64,000 bases of DNA from an uncultured Phycisphaerales bacterium (GCA_963758525.1 CAVWVQ010000003.1:1184001-1248000), one strand, 5' to 3'. Numbered from the stretch's first letter, positions 1 through 12,509 are shown. The notes: a model not told the origin generated them from the sequence alone. A program made the numbers and translations.

Positions 1-134
1 CGAATGGTTGTTTCCAAATCGTCCGGATTAATGTAAATGCCAAACCATTCCGGGGTTCGGTTGAGTCCATTTTTCACCGTCGTTTTTCCTGATCCATTCG
101 GACCAGCGAACATTCGAAGCCGCGGAGGATTCAC
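1..134 (-). CDS. Zeta-toxin family P-loop protein (5' part, runs off window)
   Basis: Manual translation from GTG 134: MNPPRLRMFAGPNGSGKTT...IYINPDDL. The AGPNGSGK Walker A and INxD motifs are typical of zeta/AAA_33 proteins. GTGA overlap with the upstream ORF. Confidence 0.75.
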   Translation of the reverse strand, partial: MNPPRLRMFAGPNGSGKTTVKNGLNRTPEWFGIYINPDDLETTI

Positions 135-349
135 TTTGATGCTCGTTTGAGGCGCGTGGCGACCTTCCGGCGCGGCGGGAGCTTTCGAACCACTGTCATG
201 CCGGATAGGTCGAGGCGGACCAGCGTGCTGTCGATCACAACCAGAATCGGCAGACCCGAATGGATGGCGCGGCGCGTAGCGATATTTAGAGCCTGCACGG
301 CCGACTCTGTCACGTCTGCTTCGTTCGAATCCATGTCGATCTCGGCCAT
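131..349 (-). CDS. Small protein coupled to the zeta-like gene, putative antitoxin
   Basis: 72 aa with a GGAG RBS. Its TGA overlaps the GTG of the zeta-like gene. Confidence 0.6.
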   Translation of the reverse strand: MAEIDMDSNEADVTESAVQALNIATRRAIHSGLPILVVIDSTLVRLDLSGMTVVRKLPPRRKVATRLKRASK

Positions 350-462
350 TGCTAACTCCTATTGTGTGACACTTGTGACACTATAGCAGAGGGCACACCC
401 AGACGCCGCAGGCAATCGCGTCGTCGATGCGTCGCAATCACACACGAGTTACAATCGAACCC

Positions 463-671
463 ATGCCGGATCGGAATCGCGTGAACGCGGCTTTGCGCTC
501 GCTCGACGGCTTATCTGTCGGAGACGCCTTCGGCGAATGCTTCTTTTCCATCGCTTTAACTCCATCTTCGCATCAGACGCCATCGTCGGCGGAATCATCT
601 CAGCAGCACAGGAAGGCGGGCCTCCCGCCCAGTGGATTGCCAAGCGCGAACCACTGCCGCGAGTCCGCTGA
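463..671 (+). pseudogene. ADP-ribosylglycohydrolase remnant (internal deletion)
   Basis: N-terminus ALRSLDGLSVGDAFGECFF is joined out of frame near 579 to a C-terminus AIVGGII...PPAQWIAKREPLP*. The middle of the gene is missing. Confidence 0.65.
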
Positions 672-816
672 CGATTCCATTTTTGCCACAGGCTGTGGCA
701 GTTTTGGCGCCTGAAGCACTTTTGCCGCAGGCTGTGGCAAAAATCAGGCCGGATCGGGGCATGCGCGAAAGAAAGCGAGCGACCAGAAGGTCGGTGTAGT
801 CACGCAGAGATTTCAA
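670..816 (-). pseudogene. Possible DUF1016/YhcG remnant
   Basis: MKSLRDYTDLL, then in another frame AFFRACPDPA*FLPQPAAK...LPQPVAK. LPQxVAK repeats are typical of YhcG linkers. Confidence 0.35.
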
Positions 817-936
817 TCTCCTCCAAACATCCTGCTACCGGCAAAACGTGCGCATTGAATCGGGCAGTTGGGTTCGTTAGGCTGCGCGCCGCACGAAATT
901 TCATCGCGTTCATCGCCGAGTCATGGAGGACTGGCC

Positions 937-3900
937 ATGTCGAATGACACATCAGCGCGGGCGGCAAGCCGGCGTTTCTGGATTGCAGTTCTTTGCTTTT
1001 CCATTTTGAATGTTGGGGCGTGGGCGGGGTATGACCGCCTCTTTGCCTGGCGGCATCGGGGGACGCTGCGCGTGGATGCGTTCGAGCCGGGCGACGGGTC
1101 GGTCGTCGGGCCGCGGGAACAGTTTCGCTGGCATTTCAGCGCGGACGTGATCCCGACATCGGTCTATCACGCTGAGCCGGGGACGGTCGCGCCCGCGGTG
1201 GCGGGGCACTGGGAATGGAACGATCCGCGGACGCTCTGCTTTACGCCCGACGGCGATCTGCCGCGGGCGACGCGCGTGACGTTTACGCTGGCAACGGCCC
1301 TGTTGCGCAGCGCCACCGGCGCCAGCCTGCCGCAGCCGTGCGTGAACACGGTTTGCAGCACGCCGCTCCAATTGGAGGGGGCACGGCAGGCGGAGGCCGC
1401 GGAGGACGATCGATATGTCCTGGAGCTGCAGTTCAACGATCGCGTCGCGCCGGGCGACGCGCTGCAGCATCTGCGCGTGACAGACCCTGACGGCAAGCAG
1501 ATTCATTGCGAACTGGCCGGGCAGGCGGCTGATAAAATCGTTCGCGTGCGCACCGATTCGATCGCGGCCGCGGCGGAAAACGACAAGCGCGGCGACGGTT
1601 CGGAGACGCAGATCCAGGTGCACCTGTCGGGCGGCCTTGCCGGGGTCAGCGGGCCGATGGGCATCGCCGAGGATCAGACCGTCTGCGTCAGTCTCGGCCG
1701 GCGGATGTGCGCGACGGGCGTCGAGGTCATCGCGCCGGCGCGGGCAGCCGGAGCTGCGGCTGCGATTCAACAACGACATCGACGTCGCGACGGTGAAGGA
1801 GATTCTGTCGATCGACCCGCCGATCGCCTACACGTGTGCGTCTTCCTGGGGCTCGCAGATCGCGCTGACGGGGGATTTCAAGCCGGAGACGCGCTACACG
1901 GTGATCCTGGCAGCAGCACCTGCCGGCGCGAACGCTTCGCGCTATCCCCGGCCGGCGCGTCTGGCCGCGTTTGTCGGCGATCGCGGGCGCGGCATCTGGT
2001 TCGACAACGACGAAGGGTATCTCTCGACCAAAGGAAATCGCACGCTGCTGGCGCACACGATGAATGTCGGCCAGGTGCATGTCTCCGTGACGCGCGTGTA
2101 TGACGACAACCTCGTCGCGTGGCGCAACGCCGATTCGCGGCGGAGCTGGAGCAGCATCAATTCGTTCAGCCGGCCGCTGGCGGAACGAACGATTCACCTG
2201 CCGGCCCAGAAGAACGTGCAGCACGATGTGCCGATCGCGATCGACGAATTGCTTCCGGCCGGGGAAGCTCGCGACGGCGTCTACCAGGTCAGCGTCGAGA
2301 CCAACGCCCAGGCGACGGATGCCGACAATGACAGCGCTGGCGAGAATGAGCGGTATGGCGCGAGCGCGTCGTCGCTGATCACACTTTCCGACATCGGTCT
2401 GACCGCCAAGCGGACGCGAACCGCGATCATGGTGTGGGCTGTTTCACTGCGATCCGCCGAGCCGATGGCGGGCGTGCGCGCTCGCGTCTACTCCGATAAG
2501 AACCAGCTCCTGGGCGAAGCGACTACCGGCACCGACGGAATTGCCACGGTGCAACCCGTCCAGCCGGCCAGCGGCGAATCAGCGGAAGTCGTGCTGGCCG
2601 ATCAGCTCCCGCCCGTCAAAGTGGAGCCGCTGGGGCCTGCAACGCCGACCGCGCAGCTCGCCGCGAGGGAGCCGACGAGCCTGACCTGGCTCGATCTGCG
2701 GCGGTCGTCATGGGAGCTGGGTGGCAGCGACACCGGCGGCCGTGCGTATCTGCGCGGCGGCTACGAAGCGTTCGTCTACACCGATCGCGGAGTGTACCGG
2801 CCGGGCGAAATCGTTTACCTGCGCGATCGTCCGCGGACCCGACGGCGCGGCGCCGACCGGCGCGTTCCCCGTGCGGTGGCAATTCCGCCGGCCGGATCAT
2901 CGCAACTGGATCAATAAAACCGTGATGCTCGATTCCGACGGCGCGGCTGCGATTGACATGCCGCTCCCCAGCGACCTGGTCACCGGAAGCTGGTCCGCCT
3001 CGATCGGCCTTGCCGACAGCGCGGGCTCAGCGGACAAATCATTCGGCTCGGCCAGTTTCGGCGTGGAGGAATTCGTGCCGAACCGGATGAAGGTTCGCTT
3101 GTCGCTGCCGGGCGAGCATGCGCCAACGGCCCCGGCCGACGACAGCGCCGCGCCGAGATTCGCGACGGACGGTGATCTGCACGCGGTGGTGCAAGGCGAT
3201 TATCTCTTCGGGCGTCCCGCGGCGAATTTGCCGGTCGATCTGACGGTGCACGCCGAGCCGGCCGAGTTTGCGCCGCCGCGCTGGACGGGCTGGGCCTTCG
3301 GCAGCCCCGAGACGATTGACGTGCCGCATCCGATGCGTCGCGGTCGGACGGGCAGGAACGCGGCGCAGGCGGAGGCCGCGATGCCCGATGCGTCGCTCGA
3401 TGAAAACGGACATTACGATTGGGCAATCGACCCGGCCAAAGCGATCGGTGTCGATCCGCGGACGATGGCGGAACCATCGGTGCATCAGTTCACCGGCCCC
3501 TGGCGATTGATCGCCAGCGCAGCGGTCCGCGAAGCAGGCGGTCGCGCGGTGACTGCGGTCCGGCAGATCGAGATCGATGCGCTCCCGGCGTACATCGGCG
3601 TTCGCCGGAGCGATCCGGCGATGCCTCGGCCGGGCGAACCGTGCGGCCTGCAGATTTGCATGGTGAGGCCCGACGGCGCGATGGCGAAGGAAACTTCCGC
3701 ATCGCTGCAATGCTCCCTTTCTCGCGCGACGTGGAACACCGTGCTGAGTTTTGAGGACGGACGATATCACTACAACTCAACGCGCGTGCTGGAGCAACTC
3801 AAAAGCGAATCGATCCGCCTGGCTGGCGGGTATGGGGATTGGGCGCCGGTGATGCCCGCCGACGGGGAATACGTTGTGACACTTCGCGATGCGCAGAGCG

Positions 3901-6784
3901 GCGCGAGCACGACGTTGGAGTTGTCGGCGGAGGATGGATCGCCGTGGGATGACAATGTCGACCGGGCGAATCCGGAGCACGTCGATGTGCAGCTCGTTGA
4001 CGGGACGGATGCAGCCAACCCCGCGAAGGGCTTAGCCACAGCGAAGCGAATCGGCGAGACCGCAAACATCTTGGTCTCCAGTCCCTTCGCGGGACGACTG
4101 CTGCTCACGGTGGAAACAGACACGGTCGTGAAGACGACCGTGCTCGACATGCAGGCGTCGCACGTGATCGTTCCCGTCGAAGTCACCGATGCGATGCGGC
4201 CCAACGCGTTCATTTCGGCCAGCGTCGTGCGGCCGATCGATCCGCAGGCAAAATGGCGGACGCATCGCGCCTTCGGCGTGACGCGGCTGCGCGTCGATCC
4301 GGCCGATCGGCAACTCCATGTCGCGATCAGCGCACCGGCGGAAATGCGGCCGGAGCGGAGCCTGGATGTTGCGCTGAAAGTGACGGACGAGAACGGGCAA
4401 CCGGTCGCGAATGCGGCGGTGACCGTGGCGGCGGTGGATGAGGGAATCTGCCAGCTCACGAATTTCACGACGCCCGACCCGCTTCACTACTTTCAGGGTG
4501 ATCGCGCCCTGGGAGTTACCAGCGGCGACGTCTATTCGCTGCTGATGCCCGAAGTCGCCCGGCCGGACAAAACCAGCGCGGCCGGGGGAGACAGGGGTGA
4601 AGCCACGGATGCGCGCCATTCCTCGCCGGTGGTGGCGCGACGCTTTGTGCCGGTGTCGCTGGCGTGGCAGGAAGCACACAGCGGCGCCGACGGAACCGCG
4701 CACGTCAGCTTCCCCGTGCCGCAGTTTCAAGGGCGGCTGCGCGTGATGGCAATTGCATACGTGAATCGTTCGGCGGGTTCCGCGGAAGCGCCGGTCACGG
4801 TGCGCTCGCCGATTCTGGCGCAAACGAGCTGGCCTCGATTTGCAGCGCCGGGAGATCGATTTACCGTGCCCGTTGTTCTTTTCAATAACACGCCGACGCG
4901 CGGGCCGGCGCGAGTCAGCGTGCAACTTTCCCAACGAAGCGCGGCGACGAATCTGCTGAGCTTCGGCATCGCGAAACAGCCGGCGATCGATCTGCCGCCG
5001 GTGATGCTCAGCGGAAACGGGCAGACCCAGATCGATCTTCCCGTCTGTGCGGGAGAAGCCGCCGGAGTCGCGATGGTGCGACTGACCGCGAGCATGAATG
5101 ACGAGACGTTTGAAGAGAACATCGAGCTGCCGGTGCGCCCGCCAAGTCCGACGCTGCAGTTTGGCGGATATGCGGCCGCTTCAACAACGCAGCCGACCGT
5201 TCTCAACAACCTTGTGCCGCTGCTTCCCGGCACGGAAGCGATGAACGTGCGGGTGACTCCGTGGCCGACGCTGCGCCTGCCGCAGGGGCTGGACTATCTG
5301 GACCGCTACCCGTACGGGTGCGTCGAGCAGACCACCAGCGCGCTCTTTCCGCTGATCGCTCTGGGCGATATCGGCAAACAACTCGATCCGGCGCGGTTCG
5401 ACCCCGAGCGAATGAAGCAGACCATCGGCACCGGCATCATGCATCTCATCGAGATGCAGACTCCCGAGGGGGGCCTTGCGATGTGGCCTGGAGAGACGAC
5501 CACCTGGCCGTGGGGAACGGTGTACGCCGCCAACTTTCTCGTCGAGGCGCGATCCGCCGGCTATGACGTGCCGGACGATTTTTATGCTCATACGCTCGCG
5601 TACGTCCGGCACATGCTCGATGAGTCGACGGACGACCCCGGGAAGCTGGAGGCGCAGGCGTATGCCGCATATGTGCTGGCGCTGGCGGGAACACCGCCGC
5701 GTGCGGCAATCGATCGGCTCAGCGAATTGTCGGGCCTGAACCACGAGCCGCCGGGCAATCTCGACGATGGTGCGACGCGCGAGAATGCACGGCTGATGCT
5801 CGCGTGCGCATGGATGCTGAGCGGGCGGCGCGACATTGCCGACGGGATGATTCCGCAGGCGCTACCGATTCCGCGCGCCCATCGGCAGCGGGATGGAAAC
5901 ATCGGCTCGCCGATCCGCGACCGGGCGGTGTTGATCAACACGCTGGCGATGGTGCAGCCGACCAACGCGGCGTTGCCCGCGCTGGTGCAGCAACTGGCGG
6001 ACGAGGGATCGCTGGGCCGCTGGGCGAGCACGCAGGACAACGCGTTTGCCGTGATGGCAATCGCACGATATCTGCGGATTGAGCAAAAACGCGAGCCGTA
6101 CGAGAGCGCCCGGTTGCTGCTGGGGAACCGCGTGGTTGCGGAAGCGGACGGCGGAGCATCGCTGGCGTGGGACGCGCCGGCGATGGTCGCGCCGCCAACG
6201 ACACAACCGGCAATTGAACAATACAGCGTGCAGTTGACCGGAGCGCCCGGGGCCGTGGGGCACGTGTCGTGGCTGCAGACGGGCGTTCCGATGCTGCCGC
6301 CGGCGGACGCATCGCACGGAATCTCAATTCGCCGGCGATATCTGACGCTGGACGGAAATGAGATTCCCCGCAATACCGTGCGCAGCGGCGATCTGGTGCT
6401 CGTTGAGATCACGCTTCGATCATTGGTTCCCGAAGCGGGCCTGGCGATCGAGGACATGCTGCCGGCCGGGCTGGAGATCGAAAATGCCCAGCTCGCGACC
6501 TCCGCGAAAATGGCGGATGTGAGCTACGATCCATCGAACGCGTCCGCCCAGTTCGACGGCGAGCACATCGACGCGCGCGACGACCGCATGGTCATCATCG
6601 GCTCGATGCCCGCCGCAAGCTGCGCCGCACGTATCTGGCTCGCGCCGTAACACCCGGCGTCTATATCCTGCCGCCGGTGAGAGTGGAGGCGATGTATGAC
6701 ATCAATACGAACGCAATTTCCGGCGCAGGCGGAAAGTTCACCGTGACCTCCGCCACCGCAAATCTCGCCGATGCGGGAGAATGA
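937..6784 (+). CDS. Bacterial alpha-2-macroglobulin (YfhM-like); frameshifts near 1740, 2822 and 6625
   Basis: GGAGGA RBS, N-terminal TM, YTDRGVYRPGE, thioester YPYGCVEQ, C-terminal YLARAVTPG...VEAMY. Directly followed by pbpC. Confidence 0.92.
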
Positions 6785-6788
6785 ATGA

Positions 6789-9364
6789 ATGAATGAATGG
6801 ATGAATGAGCGTGCCCGATCTGCGGTGTGCAACTTCGAGTGCCGAACGGATTTCCCCCTCCCCTGGTACTCCGGGGGAGGGCCGGGGTGGGGGCTCGCTC
6901 GGGTCGCGCGCTGGTTGCCGAACCGGTTCTTCATCTCCCGCCCCCGTGGCACGGGGATCCTGCCCGTGCAGATGGCTCGGAGCGTAATGAATACTTGGAT
7001 AGCCAAATTTCTCTTCCGCACCACGCCTTTAACACGGGCTGGAAGCGCGCGCCACGGGGACGCGATCTCAGAGGTCGTCGCAGCGCGAAAGCGGGCGCGG
7101 ATGCGGCAGGTGTTGCGGCTCATTGTTGCTGCGCCGATTGCGTTGTTGTGCCTCGCGGCACTCGCGTTTCGCGGCGCAGTGAGCTGGTGGGCGTATCCCG
7201 CGGGATTCTCTTCTCCGCCACCGGCTTCCACGTGGATCGAGGATCAGGGGGGCGGGCCGCTGGCGGCATTCGCGTCGACGCGGGGCGATTGGAGACTCCC
7301 GCTGGCGGAACATCAGATCAGCCCGCATCTGCTGGATGCGATCGTGGCCGTCGAGGATTCCAGATTCTACGACCATGCCGGAGTCGATTGGCGCTCCGTT
7401 GGCGGCGCACTGTGGGAGGACATCTCCTCGCGTCGCGCTCGCCGTGGCGCCAGCACGATCGCCATGCAGTTGCAGCGGCTGCGCGAGCCGGTCCCCCGGT
7501 CGCTCTGGCAGAAGATCGAGCAGGCGGTCCGCGCGATGCAAATCGAACGAATGCAGAGCAAGCGCGCGATCCTGGTTGAATATCTGAACGACGCTCCGTT
7601 CGGCGGGAACCTCGTCGGAGCGGGAGCGGCAAGCTGGCGCTACTTTGGAAAGCCCTGTCAGGCGCTGAGCCTCGGGCAGGCGGCGCTGCTGGCGGGACTG
7701 CCGCAGAGCCCCAACCGCTTGCGGCCGGATCGGCATCCACAAGCCGCCCGCGCACGGCGGGATCACGTGCTGGATCGAATGGTTGCCTGCCGGATGATCA
7801 CACTCGCCCAACGCGCCGAGGCCGGCAACGAACCGGTCGATGCCGCCTGGCAACCGCTGCCGCAAGACGCAATCGCGGCCGACGGACTATTGCCGGCACT
7901 GACCCGCCTGGCGGAAACCCAGCCGGGCCAGACGCTCCGCGTTCACATCGACCGGGACGTGCAGCGACAATGCGCCTCGGCCATGCGCGATTCGTTGGCG
8001 ACGCTTGAGCCCTCGCATGTAAACGCGGCCGCGGTCGTCATTCTCGACACGCCCAGCGGAAACTGCCTGGCGTCGGTGAGCCTTGTCACCGCCGGCGACG
8101 CGCAGACAAACGCGATCGATCTGACCCAATGCCCGCGATCCTCCGGCTCGACGCTCAAGCCGTTTATCTACGCGGCGGCGTTCGATCTGGGGATTTGCAA
8201 ACCGGCGACCATCCTGCAGGACGCGCCGGGGGAATGGTCCGGCTATGAGCCGGTGAACTACGATCACGTCTTTCGCGGCGCGATCCCTGCCGGAGAGGCG
8301 CTGGCGCAGAGCCGGAATCTGCCGGCAATCGAGTTATTGTCACGCGTCGGCGTCGGGCGGGCCGTGGAGTTGCTGCGCGCCGCGGGGTTCGCCAACCTCT
8401 CGCGCACGCCCGATCGGTACGGCCTGCCGCTGGCCATTGGCGGAGCGGAGGTCACGCCGATGGAGCTCGCCGAGGCGTACGCATCGCTGGCGCGCGGCGG
8501 TCAGCACCGCGCCGCGGCATTGCTCTGCGACCACGGCTCGTCCGAGCCAGTTTCCAAACTGACTAAGCTGATACACGGCTTCGCATGTTCGTCACCCTCT
8601 GCCGGCACGAAGGGAGAGGGCCGTGGCGGTGATTTCGAGCACCAACAATGCGCGGTGCTCGAAGAAGCCTTCAGTCCAACCCTCCGCCGAAGCGCCGGGA
8701 GAGGAAGCGATTCAGCGACCCACTTAAAGGCAATGCTTCCCGGGCCCGCCCTTTCCCCGACGGCATGTCTCGCGACGCTCGGTTGCCTTGCCGATCCTGA
8801 TCGTACCGCCCGCGTCTGTCCGGAAGCGGCTTTGATGGGGATCGCCTGGAAAACCGGGACCAGCAGCGGACATCGCGATGCATGGTGCGCCGCGGTGACT
8901 CCGCGCCGCACCGTCGTCGTCTGGCTGGGGAACTTGGACAGCTCCGGCGCCGACCGGCTCGTGGGGCAGGAGGCGGCCGCGCCGCTGGCGCTGAAGATCA
9001 TCGCGGCGTGTGATCGCGTTCGCGGAGCTGGATTTGAGCCATGCATACCCCCAGGGAGCGTCGCCGGCGCCGCTCCGATCGCGGTGCAGCCGCGCATGAC
9101 TTTGATTCAACTGATTTCGCCCGCGGATGGCCAACAGATTATCCGCGACGGTTCGATCCCGGCTGATGCACAGCGCTGTCCGTTGGCGCGCGGGCGGGCG
9201 AGTCGTCGGGTTCGACGACGCTCTGGTGGTTTGTCGATGGATGTTTCCTCGGACAGGCCGCGGCCGATTCGTCGATGTGGTGGTCGCCCGCGCCGGGCCG
9301 GCACGAAGTGCGGGTGGTCGATGCCAGCGGTCACGCCGCCACGGCGACCGTGGGTGTGCAGTGA
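6789..9364 (+). CDS. pbpC: Penicillin-binding protein 1C (start uncertain, possibly ~7101; frameshift near 9190)
   Basis: Transglycosylase motifs EDSRFYDH and GASTIAMQ. Transpeptidase STLK, SRN and KTG. C-terminal WWFVDG...PGRHEV in a shifted frame. Follows the alpha-2-macroglobulin gene. Confidence 0.9.
6854..6893. repeat. Repeat family A (CCCTCYCCYGGTACTCCGGGRGAGGG...) solo copy
   Basis: Matches the inverted repeats at 26797 and 27230. Confidence 0.8.
8595..8704. repeat. Degenerate family A inverted doublet inserted in frame in pbpC
   Basis: Arms CCCTCT..GGGAGAGGG and CCAACCCTC..GGGAGAGG. The spacer GAGCACCAACA is shared with the doublet at 59465. Confidence 0.65.
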
Positions 9365-9399
9365 TGCGAACGCGGATGCGCCGGCCGCCGTTGAAAGGC

Positions 9400-9466
9400 T
9401 GGAGATCTCAAAGCTCTGAAATATCTCGAATCTGAAATCTCAGCTCTCAAATCTGAAATCTCAAAC
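9400..9466. repeat. Degenerate 7-mer TCTGAAA/TCTCAAA repeats (family D)
   Basis: TCTGAAATCTCAGCTCTCAAATCTGAAATCTCAAA; the reverse-complement type occurs at 58098. Confidence 0.6.
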
Positions 9467-9516
9467 ATCCCGCGATCGCTTGACACTCCACAGACGCCGC
9501 ATTGCACTACGGCTCG

Positions 9517-10703
9517 ATGAGCAAACGCGTCTTTATCACTGTCGCCGAGGTGAGCGGCGACCTGCACGCGGCGCAGCTCATCAGAAGCCTCCGAAGAATG
9601 GCCCCCGATCTGATCATCGAAGGCATCGGGGGGCCGGCCATGGCGCAGGCGGGAGCCAAGCTGCACCGCGAAACGGTCGGAGGGGCGGCAATGACTGGCG
9701 CGGGGCGCTGCGGGCCGTGGAAGTCTGGAACCTGCTCCGCTGGACTCGGCGATACTTCGCGGAGTTTCAGCCGGACCTGCAGATCTGCGTGGATTCGTTC
9801 GCGATGAACATCCATTTCGCCAAAGCGGCCCGCGCGATGGGCGTGCCGGTGCTGATGTATGTCGCGCCGCAGCTTTGGGCGTGGCGCGAAGGACGGATGA
9901 AAAAACTGCGCCGAAACGTGGACCGCGTCGCTTGCCTGCTGCCATTCGAGGAGGCGTATTTCCGCGGGCACGGGGTGAACGCCACCTTCGTCGGGCATCC
10001 TCTGTTTGACGAGTTGCCGGCGGACCGCGCGCCTGCGCTCGACGCGGATGCCGCCCGCGCGGGTCTGACCGTCGGCCTGCTGCCCGGATCGCGAAAGTCG
10101 GAGGCGGCAAGCAACTTCCCGCACATGCTCGACGTGGCCGAGCAGATTCGCCGGCAGATCCCCAACGTCAATTTCCTGGTCCCAACGACTGCGGCAACGC
10201 ATCCGGTTGTCGCACGGCACATCGAAACGTGGCGGAGCGCCAACGCGGATCGCAAGATCGACTTCGCCCTGGGCGGATTTGACGAAATGGTCCCTCGTTG
10301 CGACCTGTGCATTACCGTGTCGGGAACGGCAACTCTGCATGTCGCCAGCTTTGGCGTGCCGATGATCGTCGTGTATCGGGCGCATCCGATCGCCTGGCAT
10401 GGGGCGGCGCGATGGCTGATGAAGACGCGCACCTTTGCGCTGGTGAATCTGCTGGCGGGGGGAAGGCCGCCGGATCGGAGAGACGATCGCTTGCAACATA
10501 TTGTGCCGGAGTTCGTGCCCTGGTACGGCTCGAATGTGCCGGTCGCGAACTTAGCGATCGAGCTGCTCCGCCATCCGGAGCAACGGGCGGCACAGCGGGC
10601 GCGGCTCAACCAACTGGTACGGACGCTGGATCGCCCTGGTGCATCCAACAATGTGGCACGAATAGCTCTTGAGCTAATCGCTGCACCCCATTTTTCAACT
10701 TAA
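9517..10703 (+). CDS. lpxB: Lipid-A-disaccharide synthase (frameshift near 9700)
   Basis: AEVSGDLHAA, YVAPQLWAWR, LPFEE, FVGHPL, LLPGSRKSE, SGTATL. Confidence 0.92.
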
Positions 10704-10860
10704 CTTCATGCTAATTCAAGCTTAGCGCACAATTTCCTGAAATTTCTGTTGAATTGCCGTGTCGGATCGGACATAATACAGATTCGGTGCCTGCGGAGAG
10801 AATGCAGTCCGTATGTAGGGCAATGCGAGCGCCCTGCGGGTTGTTTTCCAGCACCTCTGG

Positions 10861-11928
10861 GTGGCCGTTTGCTACATGCGTACTGAGGGACAGAGTAATC
10901 CGCGCCGTAAAGCAGGCGGGCATCCGCCCGCCGCAGAGTCCTGCACCATGGACTTCCGCGGACTGATCGGCGATTCCCCCGCCATGCAGAGATTGTGCAA
11001 GATGGCGGCAGGCGTCGCCAAACGCCTCTGCACCGTTGTGGTTCTCGGGGAAACCGGCACCGGCAAGGAAGTGCTGGCCCGATACATTCATCAACGATCC
11101 GACCGCGTGAAAGGCCCTTTTGTGCCGGTCGATTGCGCGTCGTTGCCGGAGCCGCTTTTCGAGAGCCAGTTGTTTGGTCACGCCCGCGGGGCGTTCACCG
11201 GCGCCTCCCGCGATTCGCTGGGAGCCATCCGCAGCGCCGACGGCGGCACGCTCTTTCTCGATGAGGTAGGCGAGCTGAATCTCAACGTGCAGGCGAAGCT
11301 GCTGCGTGCATTGCAGGAGCGCGCGGTCGTGCCGGTGGGAGAATCAACCCCCCGGCCGGTTGACGTTCGCGTCATCTGCGCAACCAACCGAGATCTCCAG
11401 GCGATGGTGAAAACCGGCGCATTTCGCCAGGATTTGTTCTTCCGCCTGCATGTCGTGGTGCTCATGCTCCCGCCCCTGCGCGATCGCCGGGAAGACGTTT
11501 TCTCGCTCTGCCAGCACTTTCTGGCGATGCAGGCGCATACGTACAACGAGGCCCAGAAGCAGCTCTCCGATGAGGCCGCCGAGGCGCTCAAAGCCTACAA
11601 CTGGCCGGGAAATATCCGCGAACTGGGCAACGCGATGGAACAGGCGCACGTCCTGGCGGCCTCCGAATTGATCGGGCTTGCCGATATTCCTGCCCATATC
11701 GCCTACCCCGTCTCGACCCCTGCCTCCGCCGCCCCGGTCGGTGCGCAGAGCAAGCCCGCCGGCGACCTCAGCATGGTCGAAGTCGAACGCCGCGCCATCG
11801 GCGAAGCCTTAAAGCGAACCCGGTTCAATAAAGCCGCCGCCAGCCGCCTGCTGCAAATGAACGTCAAGCGCCTCAACCGCCGAATCATCCGCACCGGTAT
11901 CGAACTCCCCGACAAGAACACCCAGTAG
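10861..11928 (+). CDS. Sigma-54-dependent Fis-family activator without a sensory domain
   Basis: GETGTGKE, GAFTGA, LFLDEV, WPGNIREL and a C-terminal HTH. Confidence 0.92.
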   Translation: MAVCYMRTEGQSNPRRKAGGHPPAAESCTMDFRGLIGDSPAMQRLCKMAAGVAKRLCTVVVLGETGTGKEVLARYIHQRSDRVKGPFVPVDCASLPEPLFESQLFGHARGAFTGASRDSLGAIRSADGGTLFLDEVGELNLNVQAKLLRALQERAVVPVGESTPRPVDVRVICATNRDLQAMVKTGAFRQDLFFRLHVVVLMLPPLRDRREDVFSLCQHFLAMQAHTYNEAQKQLSDEAAEALKAYNWPGNIRELGNAMEQAHVLAASELIGLADIPAHIAYPVSTPASAAPVGAQSKPAGDLSMVEVERRAIGEALKRTRFNKAAASRLLQMNVKRLNRRIIRTGIELPDKNTQ

Positions 11929-12010
11929 CGGCATCTTCTCCGCTGTCCACCGCTCATCATTGATCAGGTTCTCCGCCCCCCGCGTGCGCGAACCGGGCGG
12001 CGTTCGCCCT

Positions 12011-12273
12011 GGCATGAGCGTCCCGCCCATGCGAGTTGCGCAGAGCTTACTGAAGCCTTCGGATATCCGAGGTTCTCTTGCTCCCACGTCGCTAACACGG
12101 GCGGGACGCCCGCGCCACGCGGAGAATTTTTGGTGCGTTGACGATTGCAAAACGTTCCCCGTGGCATGGGCATCCTGCCCATGCGAGCTGCGCAGCGCTT
12201 ACTGAAGCCTTCGGATATCCAAGATTCTCCTTCTCCCACGTCGCTACTAACACGGGCGGGACGCCCGTGCCAC
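12011..12273. repeat. Two tandem REP doublets (family E, GTGGCATGGGCRTCCYGCCC...GGGCGGGACGCCCGTGCCAC)
   Basis: Units at 12011-12119 and 12161-12273 with nearly identical spacers. Confidence 0.85.
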
Positions 12274-12453
12274 GGGCAACGCTTGGTTGCAACTCCAGCC
12301 CCATCACCGCGCCGACGGGTCATTACGGGCATCCGGCAGCCCAAAATGACCCCTCGTGGTCCGCTGCGCACTGCGCGTGCCAGAACCGCTCCGCAGCGCT
12401 CAACCCCCCGGCGTGCAGCGAGTTGCGCGAATTGCAAATTCTTGTGTTGCAGT

Positions 12454-12469
12454 CGGCACGAATCTCGCT
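12454..12469 (+). promoter_or_regulatory. Putative sigma-54 -24/-12 promoter
   Basis: CGGCACG-AATC-TCGCT against the consensus TGGCACG-N4-TTGCW, with correct GG-N10-GC spacing. Lies downstream of the activator and upstream of the REC/PEP-CTERM genes. Confidence 0.55.
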
Positions 12470-12509
12470 TTAGGGCAGATCGCACCTTCAACGAAAGGCA
12501 GTCTGCGAT

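Noticed and set aside
10654..10670. TGGCACG as a sigma54 promoter for the activator
   Set aside because: No GC at the -12 spacing, and it lies inside lpxB.
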